From an uncultured delta proteobacterium (lineage in GTDB: Bacteria > Myxococcota > Myxococcia > SLRQ01): a DNA stretch of 64,000 bases. The stretch lies in the NCBI GenBank assembly GCA_963727485.1, contig CAVSGM010000002.1, positions 1 through 64,000 on the forward strand. Reading direction: 5' to 3'. Shown piece by piece: positions 9,169-20,600 of this stretch. The notes below the pieces were generated by a model, which was not told where the DNA came from, searched no databases, and saw only the letters and a program-made list of their open reading frames with translations. The number at the start of each line of letters is the position of its first letter. The first letter of the stretch is position 1. Position numbers and translations under genes: made by a program.

Positions 9169-10272
9169 ATGCCCGCAGCTCCCCAGTCCAAGGCCCTGGC
9201 GCGCCAGGCACAGCGGCGCCGTCAACGGCGGTCCCTGTGGACCATCGCGCTCGCCATCGCCCTGTCCCTGGGGGTGCACCTGGCGCTGCTGCCCATGCCC
9301 CGGCGCTGGTTCTTCGCGAGCGGGCCGGTGGCGCCCCCGCCGCCGATGATGGTCGATCTCCAGCCGCCGCCCCCGAAGCCCCGGCCCCGGCCGAGGGTCC
9401 GCCCAAGGCCCCCGCCGCCCCAGGGCCCCATCGTCGACGCCCCGCCCACCAAGGACACCCACGTCCCGGACAACGCCCGGTTCCGCTCCGAGCACAACAC
9501 CCACGTGAAGAAGGAGACCGTGGCCGCCAACCCGGGGCAGGGCGCCCTGGCCGCGGTGCCCACCCCCTCGGCGGGGAAGGGCAAGCCCCACCCGGCGTCC
9601 AAGGCGTCCAAGAAGCAGGCCCACAAGGCCAAGGCCAAGGCGGCCAAGAAGCAGGTCGCCAAGAAGACCGAGGGCGCCAAGCAGGGCAGCAAGGCGGCGG
9701 CCACCAAGCGCACCCTGCCGGTGAACGACGGGGCCCGGCTCCTGGCCATGAACAAGCAGAGGCCCAAGGACGCCGACAAGCCCCCCAAGAAGTCCGACAC
9801 CCAGGGGCCCCAGCCGGTGCTGATGCCCGATCTCGACCAGATGGCCCACGCCGTCGGCGGGGCCCGGGCCGATCAGATCCCTGGGGTCCAGCTGGGGACC
9901 CAGACCTGGCTGAACAGCCGCCAGTTCAAGTACGCCAGCTTCTGGAACCGGATCCGGAGCCTCGCCGGGCAGGCCTGGGAGCCCCTGGTCCGGCGGGCCA
10001 TGCGCATCCACGACCCCGAGGGGCACCAGGCCGGGGGCGACGCCAAGGTGAGCGTGGTCGGCGTGACCCTCGACGGCGAGGGCCAGGTCCAGGGCGTGGA
10101 GGTCACCCGATCGAGCGGCAGGGAGTACCTCGACCGGGCGGCGCTCAACGCCTTCCGGGAGGTCGGGCGCTTCCCCAACCCCCCGCCGCCCCTGGTGGGC
10201 CCGGACGGTCACATCCGCTTCGAGTTCGCCTTCATCCTCAACTTCACCCCGCCCTCCGTCGCCGGGCCCTGA
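9169..10272 (+). CDS. TonB-family energy transducer
   Basis: TM helix with SLGVH, Pro/Lys-rich linker, TonB_C-like RSSGREYLDRAALNAFREVGRFPNPP. Confidence 0.85.
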   Translation: MPAAPQSKALARQAQRRRQRRSLWTIALAIALSLGVHLALLPMPRRWFFASGPVAPPPPMMVDLQPPPPKPRPRPRVRPRPPPPQGPIVDAPPTKDTHVPDNARFRSEHNTHVKKETVAANPGQGALAAVPTPSAGKGKPHPASKASKKQAHKAKAKAAKKQVAKKTEGAKQGSKAAATKRTLPVNDGARLLAMNKQRPKDADKPPKKSDTQGPQPVLMPDLDQMAHAVGGARADQIPGVQLGTQTWLNSRQFKYASFWNRIRSLAGQAWEPLVRRAMRIHDPEGHQAGGDAKVSVVGVTLDGEGQVQGVEVTRSSGREYLDRAALNAFREVGRFPNPPPPLVGPDGHIRFEFAFILNFTPPSVAGP

Positions 10273-10414
10273 CGCCCCCGGGGGGGCCGGGGCGCCCCGG
10301 GAACCCCCCATCGGGGTGTCCCCGCCCCGCCCCGAGAAAAATTCGGGCCTTCCGGGATGGAATGGGGCCCCGGCGGCGGTTCATGGGGGCGGCCGCGCAG
10401 GCCACCGGCGGTCC

Positions 10415-10444
10415 TTGACCGGGTAGGGGGCCCCTGCGTAGGTT
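10415..10444 (+). promoter_or_regulatory. Candidate sigma70-type promoter of the DsbA-like gene
   Basis: TTGACC-N18-TAGGTT. Confidence 0.4.
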
Positions 10445-10473
10445 GTCGTGCCTTTTTTCCCAGGAGCCTGAAC

Positions 10474-11631
10474 GTGCACCGATTCCAGACCGCCCTGCTC
10501 TCCGCCACCCTGGCCCTCGTGGTCGGCTTCGCCGCCGGCTGCCCCGACCCGGCGCGCGCCCCGGCCCAGACCGCGCCGGCGGCCTCCGCCAAGGGCGCCC
10601 AGGCCCAGGGCGAGGCCGGTTCCCTGACCGCCGCGGTGAACGCCAAGCTCGGCGTCACCCCCGCCACCGTCGTGGGGAGCATCAACGGCAAGAAGATCAC
10701 CCTCGGCGACATCGACGAGGACGCCGGGGGTCAGCTGACCCAGACCGAGCACGACTTCGTCGACCAGATCGAGAAGCTGCGCCAGAAGGCCCTGGAGCAC
10801 TACGTCGACAAGACCCTCCTCCTCGCCGAGGCCAAGAAGCGCGGCCTCAAGGACGAGAACGAGCTCATCAAGAAGGTCGTCGAGGACGGCACCCCCGAGC
10901 CCAGCGACGCCGACGTCCAGAAGTTCTACGACGAGAACAAGGCCCGGATGGGCGGGGCGCCGCTGGCGGCCATGAAGCCCCGCATCCAGAAGTACCTCGG
11001 CATGAAGGCCAAGCAGCAGAAGTTCAACGACCTGCTCGCCGGCCTGAAGTCCAAGGCCAAGGTCACCATGGACCTCCCCGAGATGCGCACCAAGGTCGCG
11101 GCCGTCGGCCCCGCCAAGGGCCCCAAGGGCGCCCCGGTGACCATCGTGGAGTTCAGCGACTTCCAGTGCCCCTACTGCAAGCGGGTGCTCCCCACCGTCG
11201 ATCACATCCTCTCGACGTACGGGGACAAGGTCCACTTCGTGTGGCGTGACTTCCCGCTGCCCTTCCACCAGCACGCCGAGAAGGCCGCCGAGGCGGGCGC
11301 CTGCGCCGACGCCCAGGGCCAGTTCTGGGCCTACCACGACAAGCTCTACGCCAACCAGGACAAGCTCGACGTCGACGGCCTGAAGAAGATGGCCTCCGAG
11401 GTGAAGGGCATCGACGCGGCCAAGTTCGACAAGTGCCTCGACGACGGCGCCATGAAGGACAAGATCCAGTCCGAGATCGCCGCCGGCAAGGCCGCCGGGG
11501 TGAGCGGGACGCCGGCGTTCTTCATCAACGGCGTCTCCATCTCCGGCGCCCAGCCCTTCGAGAAGTTCCAGTCGATCATCGACAAGGAGCTGGCCCGGGG
11601 CAGCGGCGGCAGCACGGCCAAGGCCGACTAG
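10474..11631 (+). CDS. DsbA/thioredoxin-like lipoprotein with SurA-N-like helical domain
   Basis: GTG after CAGGAG; lipobox FAAGC; EFSDFQCPYC, DFPL and GVSGTPAFFING. Confidence 0.9.
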   Translation: MHRFQTALLSATLALVVGFAAGCPDPARAPAQTAPAASAKGAQAQGEAGSLTAAVNAKLGVTPATVVGSINGKKITLGDIDEDAGGQLTQTEHDFVDQIEKLRQKALEHYVDKTLLLAEAKKRGLKDENELIKKVVEDGTPEPSDADVQKFYDENKARMGGAPLAAMKPRIQKYLGMKAKQQKFNDLLAGLKSKAKVTMDLPEMRTKVAAVGPAKGPKGAPVTIVEFSDFQCPYCKRVLPTVDHILSTYGDKVHFVWRDFPLPFHQHAEKAAEAGACADAQGQFWAYHDKLYANQDKLDVDGLKKMASEVKGIDAAKFDKCLDDGAMKDKIQSEIAAGKAAGVSGTPAFFINGVSISGAQPFEKFQSIIDKELARGSGGSTAKAD

Positions 11632-11739
11632 CGGCGCCCGCGCGTTTGCGTGACTCCGCGGCCGGCCGTCCTCTTGGGCGCGCCGGCCGCTTCCATGTCC
11701 GGCCCCGGCGCTTCCCGGGGCGCCTGCCCCGGAGGCCCC

Positions 11740-12486
11740 ATGCGACCCGCGACCCCCGCCGACCGCCTCATCGTCGCCCTCGACACCCCCCACCCGCAGA
11801 CCGCGCTCCACCTGGCCGAGTCCCTCGCCGGGGCCGTGGGTCTGGTGAAGGTGGGCCTCGAGCTCTTCGTCTCCGTCGGCCCCAGCGTGGTCCGGGAGCT
11901 CCAGGATCGGGGCCACGACGTCTTCCTCGACCTGAAGCTCCACGACATCCCCAACACCGTGGCGCAGGCGGCGTCGGCGGCCGCCATCCGCGGGGTGTCC
12001 ATGCTCACCGTGCACGCGGCCGGGGGCCCCGAGATGCTGGCCGCGGCGGTGCGGGGCGCCCACGAGGGCGCGGACGACGCCGGGGTGGCGCCGCCGCTGA
12101 TCCTCGGGGTCACCGTCCTCACCAGCCTCGACGACGCGGCGCTCTTCCGCATCGGCCTCGCCGGGCCGGCCTCCGAGGCCGTGCTCCGCCTCGGGCGCCT
12201 GGCCGTCGAGGCCGGCTGCGGAGGCCTGGTGTGCTCCCCGGCCGAGGCCCGGATGCTCCGGGAGGCCCTGGGCCCGGACGTGATCCTGGTGACCCCGGGC
12301 GTGCGGCCTGCGGGCAGCGCCAAGGGCGATCAGGCCCGGGTGGCGACCCCCGCCGACGCCGTGGCCGCCGGCGCCGACTACCTGGTCATCGGCCGGCCCA
12401 TCCGCAACGCCGAGGACCCGGTCGCCGCCGCCCGGGCCATCGCCGAGGAGATCGCCGCCGCCGGTCCCGCGGGCTCCGCGTCGTAG
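11740..12486 (+). CDS. pyrF: Orotidine-5'-phosphate decarboxylase
   Basis: [36 protein letters not shown] and VIGRPI. Confidence 0.97.
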   Translation: MRPATPADRLIVALDTPHPQTALHLAESLAGAVGLVKVGLELFVSVGPSVVRELQDRGHDVFLDLKLHDIPNTVAQAASAAAIRGVSMLTVHAAGGPEMLAAAVRGAHEGADDAGVAPPLILGVTVLTSLDDAALFRIGLAGPASEAVLRLGRLAVEAGCGGLVCSPAEARMLREALGPDVILVTPGVRPAGSAKGDQARVATPADAVAAGADYLVIGRPIRNAEDPVAAARAIAEEIAAAGPAGSAS

Positions 12487-12796
12487 CGCTCCTTTTCGAG
12501 GTCTCCGAGCTGCTTCGGCGCCACGGCGGGCGCACCGACGTTCACAACGGGTTCGGTGACACGCCACGGGACCCGTCCGGGGGGGGCTCGGGCGGCCGCC
12601 GTGAGCGGCCGCCACGATGAGGGGTCCGGGTGCCAATTCAGCAGCGCTGAATTACGCCTCGAGGGGACACCACCGCCCCAGGGCCGCAGCACACCCCACG
12701 GCCACCGGCCGCTCTCCCCGCCGGGTGCCGGGTCGCGCGGCGGCGCGCGGCCCACGCGGGCTTGTGCGGTGGCGCCCGGGTGGCTACAGGACTTCC

Positions 12797-14131
12797 ATGC
12801 CTCGCCCGCGCGTCGTGATCCTGGGCGGGGGCTTCGGGGGGCTCAACGCCGCCCGGGCCCTGCGCCGGGCGCCGGTGGACGTGACCCTCGTCGACCGGCG
12901 GAACTACCACCTCTTCCAGCCGCTCCTCTACCAGGTGGCCACCGCGTCGCTCGGGGCGCCGGAGGTGAGCTCGCCCATCCGCCGGGTGCTCCGGGGCCAG
13001 GCGAACGCCCGGGTGCTCCTCGCCGAGGTCCGGGGCGTCGATCTCGAGCGGCGGGTGGTCCACCTCGACCAGGGGCAGGACCTCGGCTACGACCACCTGG
13101 TGGTCGCCCTGGGGGCGGTGGACAGCTACTTCGGCCACGACGCGTGGGCCGAGCACGCGCCCGGGCTCAAGACCATCGACCAGGCGCTCCGGATTCGAAG
13201 CCAGGTGCTCACCGCCTTCGAGGCCGCCGAGCGGGAGCCCGACCCCGAGAAGCGCAAGGCGCTGTTGACCTTCGTGGTCATCGGCGCCGGGGCCACCGGG
13301 GTCGAGCTCTCCGGGGCCCTCGCGGAGATCGCCCAGCGGACCCTGGCCGACGAGTTCCGGAGCTTCGATCCCGCCGAGGCCCGGGTGGTGCTGGTGGAGG
13401 CCGCCGACCGGGTGCTGCCGCCCTTCGAGGAGCGGCTCTCGGACAAGGGCCGGCGGCGCTTGGCGCACATGGGCGTCGAGGTGCGGACGGGGACCCGGGT
13501 GACCGACGTGGACGCCCGGGGCGTGACCACCGAGGGGGACCGCATCGACGCCCGCACCGTGATCTGGGCCGCCGGGGTCGCCGCCTCGCCGCTGGCCAAG
13601 GACCTGGGCGTGGCCCTCGACGCCAAGGGCCGGGTGCAGGTCGGCCCGGACCTCTCGATCCCCGGCCACCCCGAGGCCTTCGTGGTCGGCGACCTCGCCG
13701 GCTTCGAGCAGGACGGCGCGCCGCTCCCCGGCGTCGCCCAGGTGGCCATCCAGGGCGGGCGCCACGTGGCCAGGGTCCTCCGGGCCGAGGTCGCGGGCCG
13801 CCCGCGCCCCCGCTTCCGCTACCACGACCGGGGACAGCTGGTGGTCGTGGGGCGGAGCTACGCCCTGGCGGACCTGCCCTTCGGGCGCTTCGCCGGATTC
13901 TTCGCCTGGGTCCTGTGGCTGGTCATCCACCTCCTGTTCCTCATCGGCTTCCGGAACAAGGTGGTGGTGATGATGGACTGGGCCTGGGCCTATCTCACCC
14001 ACCGCCAGAGCGCCCGGCTGATCACGGCTTCGGCGCCTCCGGCGGACGACACCGGGGGAACCCCATGGAAGCACGTCGCACCACCACCTCGCCCCGAGCC
14101 CAAGCGCGAGCGGCCGGCATCCTCTACCTGA
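12797..14131 (+). CDS. ndh: Type II NADH dehydrogenase (NAD(P)/FAD oxidoreductase)
   Basis: GGGFGG, FQPLLYQVAT, GAGATGVE, WAAGV, AQVAIQGG and LIGFRNK. Confidence 0.92.
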   Translation: MPRPRVVILGGGFGGLNAARALRRAPVDVTLVDRRNYHLFQPLLYQVATASLGAPEVSSPIRRVLRGQANARVLLAEVRGVDLERRVVHLDQGQDLGYDHLVVALGAVDSYFGHDAWAEHAPGLKTIDQALRIRSQVLTAFEAAEREPDPEKRKALLTFVVIGAGATGVELSGALAEIAQRTLADEFRSFDPAEARVVLVEAADRVLPPFEERLSDKGRRRLAHMGVEVRTGTRVTDVDARGVTTEGDRIDARTVIWAAGVAASPLAKDLGVALDAKGRVQVGPDLSIPGHPEAFVVGDLAGFEQDGAPLPGVAQVAIQGGRHVARVLRAEVAGRPRPRFRYHDRGQLVVVGRSYALADLPFGRFAGFFAWVLWLVIHLLFLIGFRNKVVVMMDWAWAYLTHRQSARLITASAPPADDTGGTPWKHVAPPPRPEPKRERPASST

Positions 14132-14823
14132 GCCTGGTCTTCCTCGGGCCCTTCAGCCTGATGTACGTGCCCTCGCGGGTGATGGTGCCCGGGGACCTCG
14201 CCGCCACCGCGGCGAACCTGGTCTCCAACGCGCCGCTCTTCCGGATGGGCCTCGCCAGCGATCTGCTCATCGTGCTCATCGAGGTGGTGCTCACGGTGCT
14301 CCTCTACGTGCTCCTCCGGCCGGTGAGCGCCGCCGGGGCCCTGGTGGCCGCCTTCGCCCGCCTGGGGATGACCGTGGTCCAGGGGGTGAACGTCGTCTTC
14401 CACGCCACCGCCCTGAAGCTGGCCCTCGGGGGGGCGGGCGCCGGGGGCGCGGCGGCGGCCGGGGGCGTGCCCGCGGGCCTCGGCGCGCTCCTCGACGCCC
14501 ACACCGTCGGCGGCCGGGTGTGGGTCGTCCTCTTCGCCCTCCACTGCGCGGCGCTGGCCTGGCTGCTGGTCCGCTCGGGCTTCTTCCCCCGGGCCCTCGG
14601 GTGGCTCATGGCCCTCGCCGCCCTCGGCTACCTGGTCGACGGCTTCGGCCACCTGGTCCTCCCGGCGTTTCCCCCGGGCCTCGTCACCGCCACCGCGCTG
14701 GCGGCCATGGTCGGCGAGCTGCCCTTCGTCTTCTGGCTGATGTGGAAGGGCGTGGACCCGGCGGCCTGGTGGGCCCGGGCCGGGGCGACACTCCCCATGG
14801 AGCGGGCCGGCGCCGATGCCTAG
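14065..14823 (+). CDS. DUF4386-like membrane protein
   Basis: ARAAGILYL..ATAANL..LFRMGL..GELPFVFWLMWKGV; about 6 TM. Confidence 0.75.
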   Translation: MEARRTTTSPRAQARAAGILYLSLVFLGPFSLMYVPSRVMVPGDLAATAANLVSNAPLFRMGLASDLLIVLIEVVLTVLLYVLLRPVSAAGALVAAFARLGMTVVQGVNVVFHATALKLALGGAGAGGAAAAGGVPAGLGALLDAHTVGGRVWVVLFALHCAALAWLLVRSGFFPRALGWLMALAALGYLVDGFGHLVLPAFPPGLVTATALAAMVGELPFVFWLMWKGVDPAAWWARAGATLPMERAGADA

Positions 14824-14870
14824 CGTCGCCGGGGAGGCGCGGCGACCGCGCCCCAACACGGAGGTACCCC

Positions 14871-15392
14871 ATGCCCACCGAGCCACGGGAGTTCATCAGC
14901 ACCCTCCACGGTCCCGAGCACATGCTCCCCACCGTGCGCCAGATGCTGCGCGCCAAGGGGGGGCGCGTGGTGACCATCGACCGGGAGGCCAGCGTCTTCG
15001 AGGCCCTGGAGCAGATGGCCCGGGAGAACATCGGCGCCCTGGTCATCCTCGCCGGGGACAACGTCGCCGGCATCTTCACCGAGCGGGACTACGCGAGGAA
15101 GGTCATCCTCCTCGGCCGGTCGTCCAAGGAGATCCCGGTCTCGGAGATCATGACCAGCCCGGTGATCCACGTGACCCCGGACCGGAACGTCGTCGAGTGC
15201 ATGGCCATCATGACCCAGCGCCGGGTGCGCCACCTGCCGGTCCTCGAGGAGCGGCACCTGGCGGGCATCGTGTCCATCGGCGACGTGGTCAAGGCCATCA
15301 TCGACGGCCAGGCCCACATGATCGACCAGCTCGAGGGCTACATCCACGGGCCGGCGGCGGGCGTCACAGGTCGAGCCCCACCGCGCGCATGA
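14871..15392 (+). CDS. CBS-domain pair protein
   Basis: GIFTERDYARKV, VRHLPV and GIVSIGDVVK. Confidence 0.93.
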   Translation: MPTEPREFISTLHGPEHMLPTVRQMLRAKGGRVVTIDREASVFEALEQMARENIGALVILAGDNVAGIFTERDYARKVILLGRSSKEIPVSEIMTSPVIHVTPDRNVVECMAIMTQRRVRHLPVLEERHLAGIVSIGDVVKAIIDGQAHMIDQLEGYIHGPAAGVTGRAPPRA

Positions 15393-17157
15393 GCTCGATG
15401 GCGTTGCTCTTCTCCACCACGCCGTCGCGCATCTCGTAGTCGAAGGCGATCCGCCCGCCCTCGAGGTGATCCTCGAAGTGGACGTTCTTCACCTGCGTCC
15501 CCAGGGTCTCGGTGCCCTTGGAGAGGGCCAGGTCGTGGGTGGTCACCAGGCCGATGGCGCCCTTGGCCACCAGCCCCCGGATCACCGCCTCGGCGCCGAT
15601 GCGCCGGTCGTGGGAGTTGGTCCCGTGGAGGATCTCGTCGAGGAGGAAGAGGACCGGGACCGGCCCGTCGGCGAGGTCCACCACCTGCTTGAGGCGGGTG
15701 ATCTCGGCGTAGAAGCGCGAGGCGCCCTCCTGGAGCGAGTCCTGGATCCGGAGGGTGGCCCCGAGGCGGAGCGGTGAGAGCGTGAGGGACCGGGCCCTAA
15801 CCGGGGCCCCGGCCTGGGCCAGCACCGCGTTGACGCCCACCGTGCGCATCACCGTGCTCTTCCCGGACATGTTGGAGCCGCTGACCACCAGCACCCGGGG
15901 GGCGTCCCCGAGGCGCACGTCGTTGCGGACCATGGCCCGGGCGGGGAGCAGGGGGTGGCCGAGGCCGACGCCCTCGTAGCGGGGGCCGGCGTCGACGAGC
16001 TCGGGGAACACGTCGTCCGGGTGCTCGTAGGCGTAGGCGGCCAGCGACGCCAGGGCCTCGAGCTCGCCGGCGGCCTCGAGCCAGCGGGCCACCAGGGGGC
16101 CGGCGGCGGCGCGCCACCGCTCGATGGCGTGGGCGAGGTGGAGGGTCCAGAGGAGGCCGTAGGCCACCGGGAGGAAGAACTGGTTGCGACGGGCGTCGAG
16201 GAGGTCGACGAGGCGACCGAGGGCGGCGATGCGCTCCGAGGCCTTGGCCCCGCCCTCGGAGAGGGCCCGCTCCAGGGCCACCAGGTGGGGCGCCTCGAAG
16301 GTCTCGGCCTCGAGGCGGGCGAGGAGGGCGGCGAGGACCGGGAGGTCGCGGCCCGGGCGGTCCACCGCGCCGATGACCGCCTGGACCTGGGCGTGGTGGA
16401 TGCGCTCCACCGCCACCACCGTCAGGATCGCCAGGACGAAGGGCAGGGGGCCGAAGCCGAGGGCGAGCCACCCGACCAGGGTGACCACCGCGGCGGCGGA
16501 CACGGCGAAGGCGAGCCAGCGCACCGCGGCGTGGAGGCGGACCGGGGGCGCGGTGGCCCAGGCCACCAGGTGCTCGGGGTCCACCTCGACCTGCACCGCG
16601 TCCCCGAGCAGCGCCAGGTCCTCCCGGAGGTCCACCCGGCCCGAGAGGTCCGCCACCGCCGCCTGCCGGGCGCGGACGGTCTCCGGGTCCGCGGGCTCGA
16701 GGAGCCACCGGGCCAGCGTGGTCTCTCCGGCGGCGGTCCGGGCGCTGGAGAGGAGCTCGAAGAGGGAGCCCTCGCCGAAGAGGTCCAGGTCCAGGGCGAA
16801 GGGGTGGTGGGGGTCGGCGAAGCGGTCGCCGCCCTGGCCGCCGCCCTGCCACCGGTCCTCGATGCGGGCGATCCCCCGGTCGTAGAAGGCCACGGCCCGG
16901 CGGGCCCGGGCGCCGGCCTTCAGGGCCCGGTCGTGGAGGACCACGAGCACCACGAAGGCCGCCGCCGGGATCCCCAGCCAGGGCCAGGGGAAGAGGTGGC
17001 GGCCCAGGCTCGCCCAGGCGAGGCCCAGGCCCACCAGGACCATGGCCAGCCGGGCGTTGGCCAGCCGCCCGTCCCGGCGGGCCTCGGTGTCGGCCACGGC
17101 CTGCCTGTCCTTCCGGCGGGCCTGGTACGCCTGGAGGGGATCGGTCTCGGTCGCCAT
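15364..17157 (-). CDS. Membrane-anchored MutS-related ATPase (domain V only)
   Basis: TM helices, DLDLFGEGSLF, GSNMSGKST, SRFYAEI, LLDEILHGTNS and TTHD. Confidence 0.9.
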   Translation of the reverse strand: MATETDPLQAYQARRKDRQAVADTEARRDGRLANARLAMVLVGLGLAWASLGRHLFPWPWLGIPAAAFVVLVVLHDRALKAGARARRAVAFYDRGIARIEDRWQGGGQGGDRFADPHHPFALDLDLFGEGSLFELLSSARTAAGETTLARWLLEPADPETVRARQAAVADLSGRVDLREDLALLGDAVQVEVDPEHLVAWATAPPVRLHAAVRWLAFAVSAAAVVTLVGWLALGFGPLPFVLAILTVVAVERIHHAQVQAVIGAVDRPGRDLPVLAALLARLEAETFEAPHLVALERALSEGGAKASERIAALGRLVDLLDARRNQFFLPVAYGLLWTLHLAHAIERWRAAAGPLVARWLEAAGELEALASLAAYAYEHPDDVFPELVDAGPRYEGVGLGHPLLPARAMVRNDVRLGDAPRVLVVSGSNMSGKSTVMRTVGVNAVLAQAGAPVRARSLTLSPLRLGATLRIQDSLQEGASRFYAEITRLKQVVDLADGPVPVLFLLDEILHGTNSHDRRIGAEAVIRGLVAKGAIGLVTTHDLALSKGTETLGTQVKNVHFEDHLEGGRIAFDYEMRDGVVEKSNAIELMRAVGLDL

Positions 17158-17519
17158 GGCGCCCATCCTCGCCGGCCCGGGCCCCGGGCGGAAGGGGCTT
17201 GCGACCGGGGGAGGCGGTTGGCGAGGGAACCGGCCCCGGCGTATCATCGTCCTGCGGCGACGATCGCCGTCGGGTGGCCCCCGACGACCGTCCGTGGTGG
17301 ACGCGAGTCGACCCCCCGTCAACCAGGCCATCGGGCCCCATCGGAACGCCCGTGCAAGAAGCCGGCAGCCGATGGGCGCGTCCCCGGGCGCGCCCCCAGA
17401 ACCTCGAGACCGCCGGCCGGCGGGTGCTGGCGTCAGCCAGGGGAGGAACACGCGCACATGACATATGACAATCGCAACGTCCCGGAGGCTACGAGCCTCT
17501 AGCCTCTGGCGAAACACCT

Positions 17520-17553
17520 GGGGCCCGGCCGAACGTGCCGGGCCCCTTTTTTT
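17520..17553 (+). terminator. Intrinsic terminator
   Basis: GGGGCCCGGC-cgaacgt-GCCGGGCCCC followed by T7. Confidence 0.85.
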
Positions 17554-17649
17554 GTCTATGCTTCCGGTCGCGCGCCTGTCGCACCCGCACGCGGCCTCCC
17601 CTCGGCCACCGCCGAGCTGCCCGCCTTCCTCATCGCACCGGGGTCCCTG

Positions 17650-20600
17650 ATGAAGCGCCACCTCCTCCCTGTCTTCCTCTGCCTCTTCGTGGTCGCCGCC
17701 GCCTGCGGGCCTGGTCCGGGCAGCGGCACCGACGGCGGCTCGACCTCCGACGCCGGGACCGACGGCGGCGCCACCGATGGCGGCACCGACGCCGGCACCG
17801 ACGGCCGGCACCGACGCCGGGACCGACGGCGGCAGCGACGGCGGCGTGGTGGCCACCTGCGGCAACGGCGTGGTCGAGGGCGACGAGCAGTGCGACGACG
17901 GCAACCTCGTGGCCGACGACGGCTGCGAGCAGGACTGCACCCTCACCGTCGCCGAAGAGGTCCAGTGCGCCACCTTGGCGCCCCTCGCCTCGGGCACCTG
18001 CCAGGTGACCGCCGGCGGCGCCGCCGAGCTCCTCGAGGGCGACGTCCTCACCCCCGGCCGCATCTACCGGGGCGGGCAGGTGGCCGTGGACGCCACCGGG
18101 ACCATCGCCTGCGTGGGCTGCAACTGCGCCGACGCGGTCCCCGGGGCCACGGTGATCACCTGCCCCCACGGCGCCATCTCCCCGGGCCTCATCAACCCCC
18201 ACGACCACCTCACCTACACCCAGAACCCGCCGTTCACCGACACCGGCGAGCGCTACGAGCAGCGCCATGACTGGCGCAAGGGCGAGCGGGGCCACACCAA
18301 GATCCCCGCGCCCGGGGGCGCCACCGCCGACCAGAAGGACTGGGGTGAGCTGCGCCAGCTGATGGGCGGGACCACGTCCCTGGTCGGCGCCGGGAGCGGC
18401 AAGGGGCTGGTCCGCAACCTCGACAGCTCGAGCGGCGAGGAGGGCCTGGGCCAGCCGGCGGTGGACCTCTCGGTCTTCCCCCTCGACGACTCCAACGGAC
18501 TCCAGCGCTTCTACTCGTGCAACTACGGGTCGAAGGCCGACACCGAGCAGGACATCGCCTCCGCCAACGCCTACATCCCCCACGTCGCCGAGGGCATCGA
18601 CCAGGCAGCGCACAACGAGTTCCTCTGTGTGAGCTCGGCCGACGAGGACACGGCAGCCCCGGGCCTCTCCCACGACCTCACCCAGCCGAAGAGCGCCTTC
18701 ATCCATGCGGTGGCCCTCGACCCGGCGGACTACGCGCGCATGGCCCACGACGGCACCGGGCTGGTGTGGTCGCCCAGGTCCAACATCTGCCTCTACGGCA
18801 ACACCGCGGAGGTCACCGTGGCCTCCCGGGCCGGCGTCGACATCGCGCTGGGGACCGACTGGACGCCCACCGGCTCCATCAACGTGGTGCGCGAGCTCGC
18901 CTGCGCCGACCAGTTCAACCAGACCTACCTGGGCGGCTACTTCGGCGACCAGGCCCTGTGGCGGATGGTCACGGTGAACGCCGCCCGCCTCTCTGGGGAC
19001 GCCGACGTCCTCGGCACCCTGGCCCCGGGGAAGATCGGCGACATCGCCGTGTTCGACGAGGCCGCCGGCGACGCCTACCGGGCGGTCATCGCCGCCGAGC
19101 CCCAGGACGTGGCCCTGGTCCTCCGGGCGGGCACCGCCCTCTACGGCGAGGCCCCGGTGGTCGGCGCCCTGGCCAGCGGCTGCGACACCCTGGACGTGTG
19201 CGGTGCCTCGAAGCAGGTCTGCCTCCAGAGCGAGATCGGCAAGTCCCTCTCGGCGCTCCAGAGCGCCGTGGGCAGCACCTACGGCGCCTTCTTCTGCGGC
19301 ACGCCGACGGGCGAGCCCACCTGCGTGCCCTCGCGGCCGGCGGCGGTGAACGGCTCCACCACCTACGACGGCGCGGTGTCCTCCGCGGACACCGACGGCG
19401 ACGGCATCCCCGACGCCACCGACGACTGCCCCACGGTCTTCAACCCCATCCGCCCCATGGACGACGGCCAGCAGGCCGACTGGGACGGCGACGGGGTGGG
19501 GGACGCCTGCGACCCGTGCCCCATGGGCGACGACGCCAACTGCCCGGCCTTCGACCCCAGCGACACCGACGGGGACGGGGTCGCCGACAGCGCGGACAAC
19601 TGCCCGGCGGTCGCCAACCCGGACCAGGCCGACAGCGACTCCGACGGCCGGGGTGACGCCTGCGACGAGTGCCCCGACGCCGCCAACCCCGACGCCGCCG
19701 GTTGCCCGGCGACCATCTACGACATCCGGAACCTCACGGTGCCGCTGGGCTCCAACGTGGCCGTGGCCCACGCCCTGGTCACCGCCCGGACCGCCAGCGG
19801 CTACTTCATCCAGGTCAAGGAGACCGACCCCGGCTACGCCGGTCCGGACTACTCGGGCGTCTACGTCTACGACCCGTCGAACACCGTGACCACCGGCGAG
19901 CGGGTGACCATCACCAGCGCCGTCAACGACCTCTACTTCGGGGAGATGGAGCTCAAGAGCCCGGTGACCACCGTGGACTCGACCACCCCCGAGGCGCCGC
20001 CGGCCCCGACGGTGGTGAGCCCGGCGGACGTGGCCACCGGCGGGAGCCGGGCCGACGCCCTCGACGGCGTCCTGGTCCAGGTCCAGGACGTCACCGTGAC
20101 CGACGTGGCCCCGACGCCTGGCCCCGGTGACCAGGCGCCCACCAACGAGTTCGCCGTGGACGCGGGCCTCCGCGTCGACGACCTCTTCTACCTGACCACG
20201 CCCTTCCCGGTGGTGGGCGAGAACTTCGGCTCCATCAGCGGCGTCCTCACCCTGCGCAACGAGAACACCAAGATCGAGCCGAGGGACGCGACCGACCTCG
20301 TCCCCGGCCAGCCCTCCATCGCCGACCTCTCGCCCACGCCCACCTACACCCGGGTGGGGGACACCGGCGTGGCCACCTTCCCGGTGCCCCTCACCGTGAC
20401 CCTGGCCCGGGCGCCCTCGGCGGACACCTTCGTGGCCATCACCTCCACGGACACCGCGTCGCTCACGGTCGCCGGGGGCGGGGTGACCGTGCCCGCGGGG
20501 CAGGTGAGCGCCCCGGTCCTGGTCAACGGCCTGGCCCAGGCGGCGGACGTGACCCTCAACGCCAGCCTGGGGTCGAGCACCGCCACGGCGCACGTGCGGG

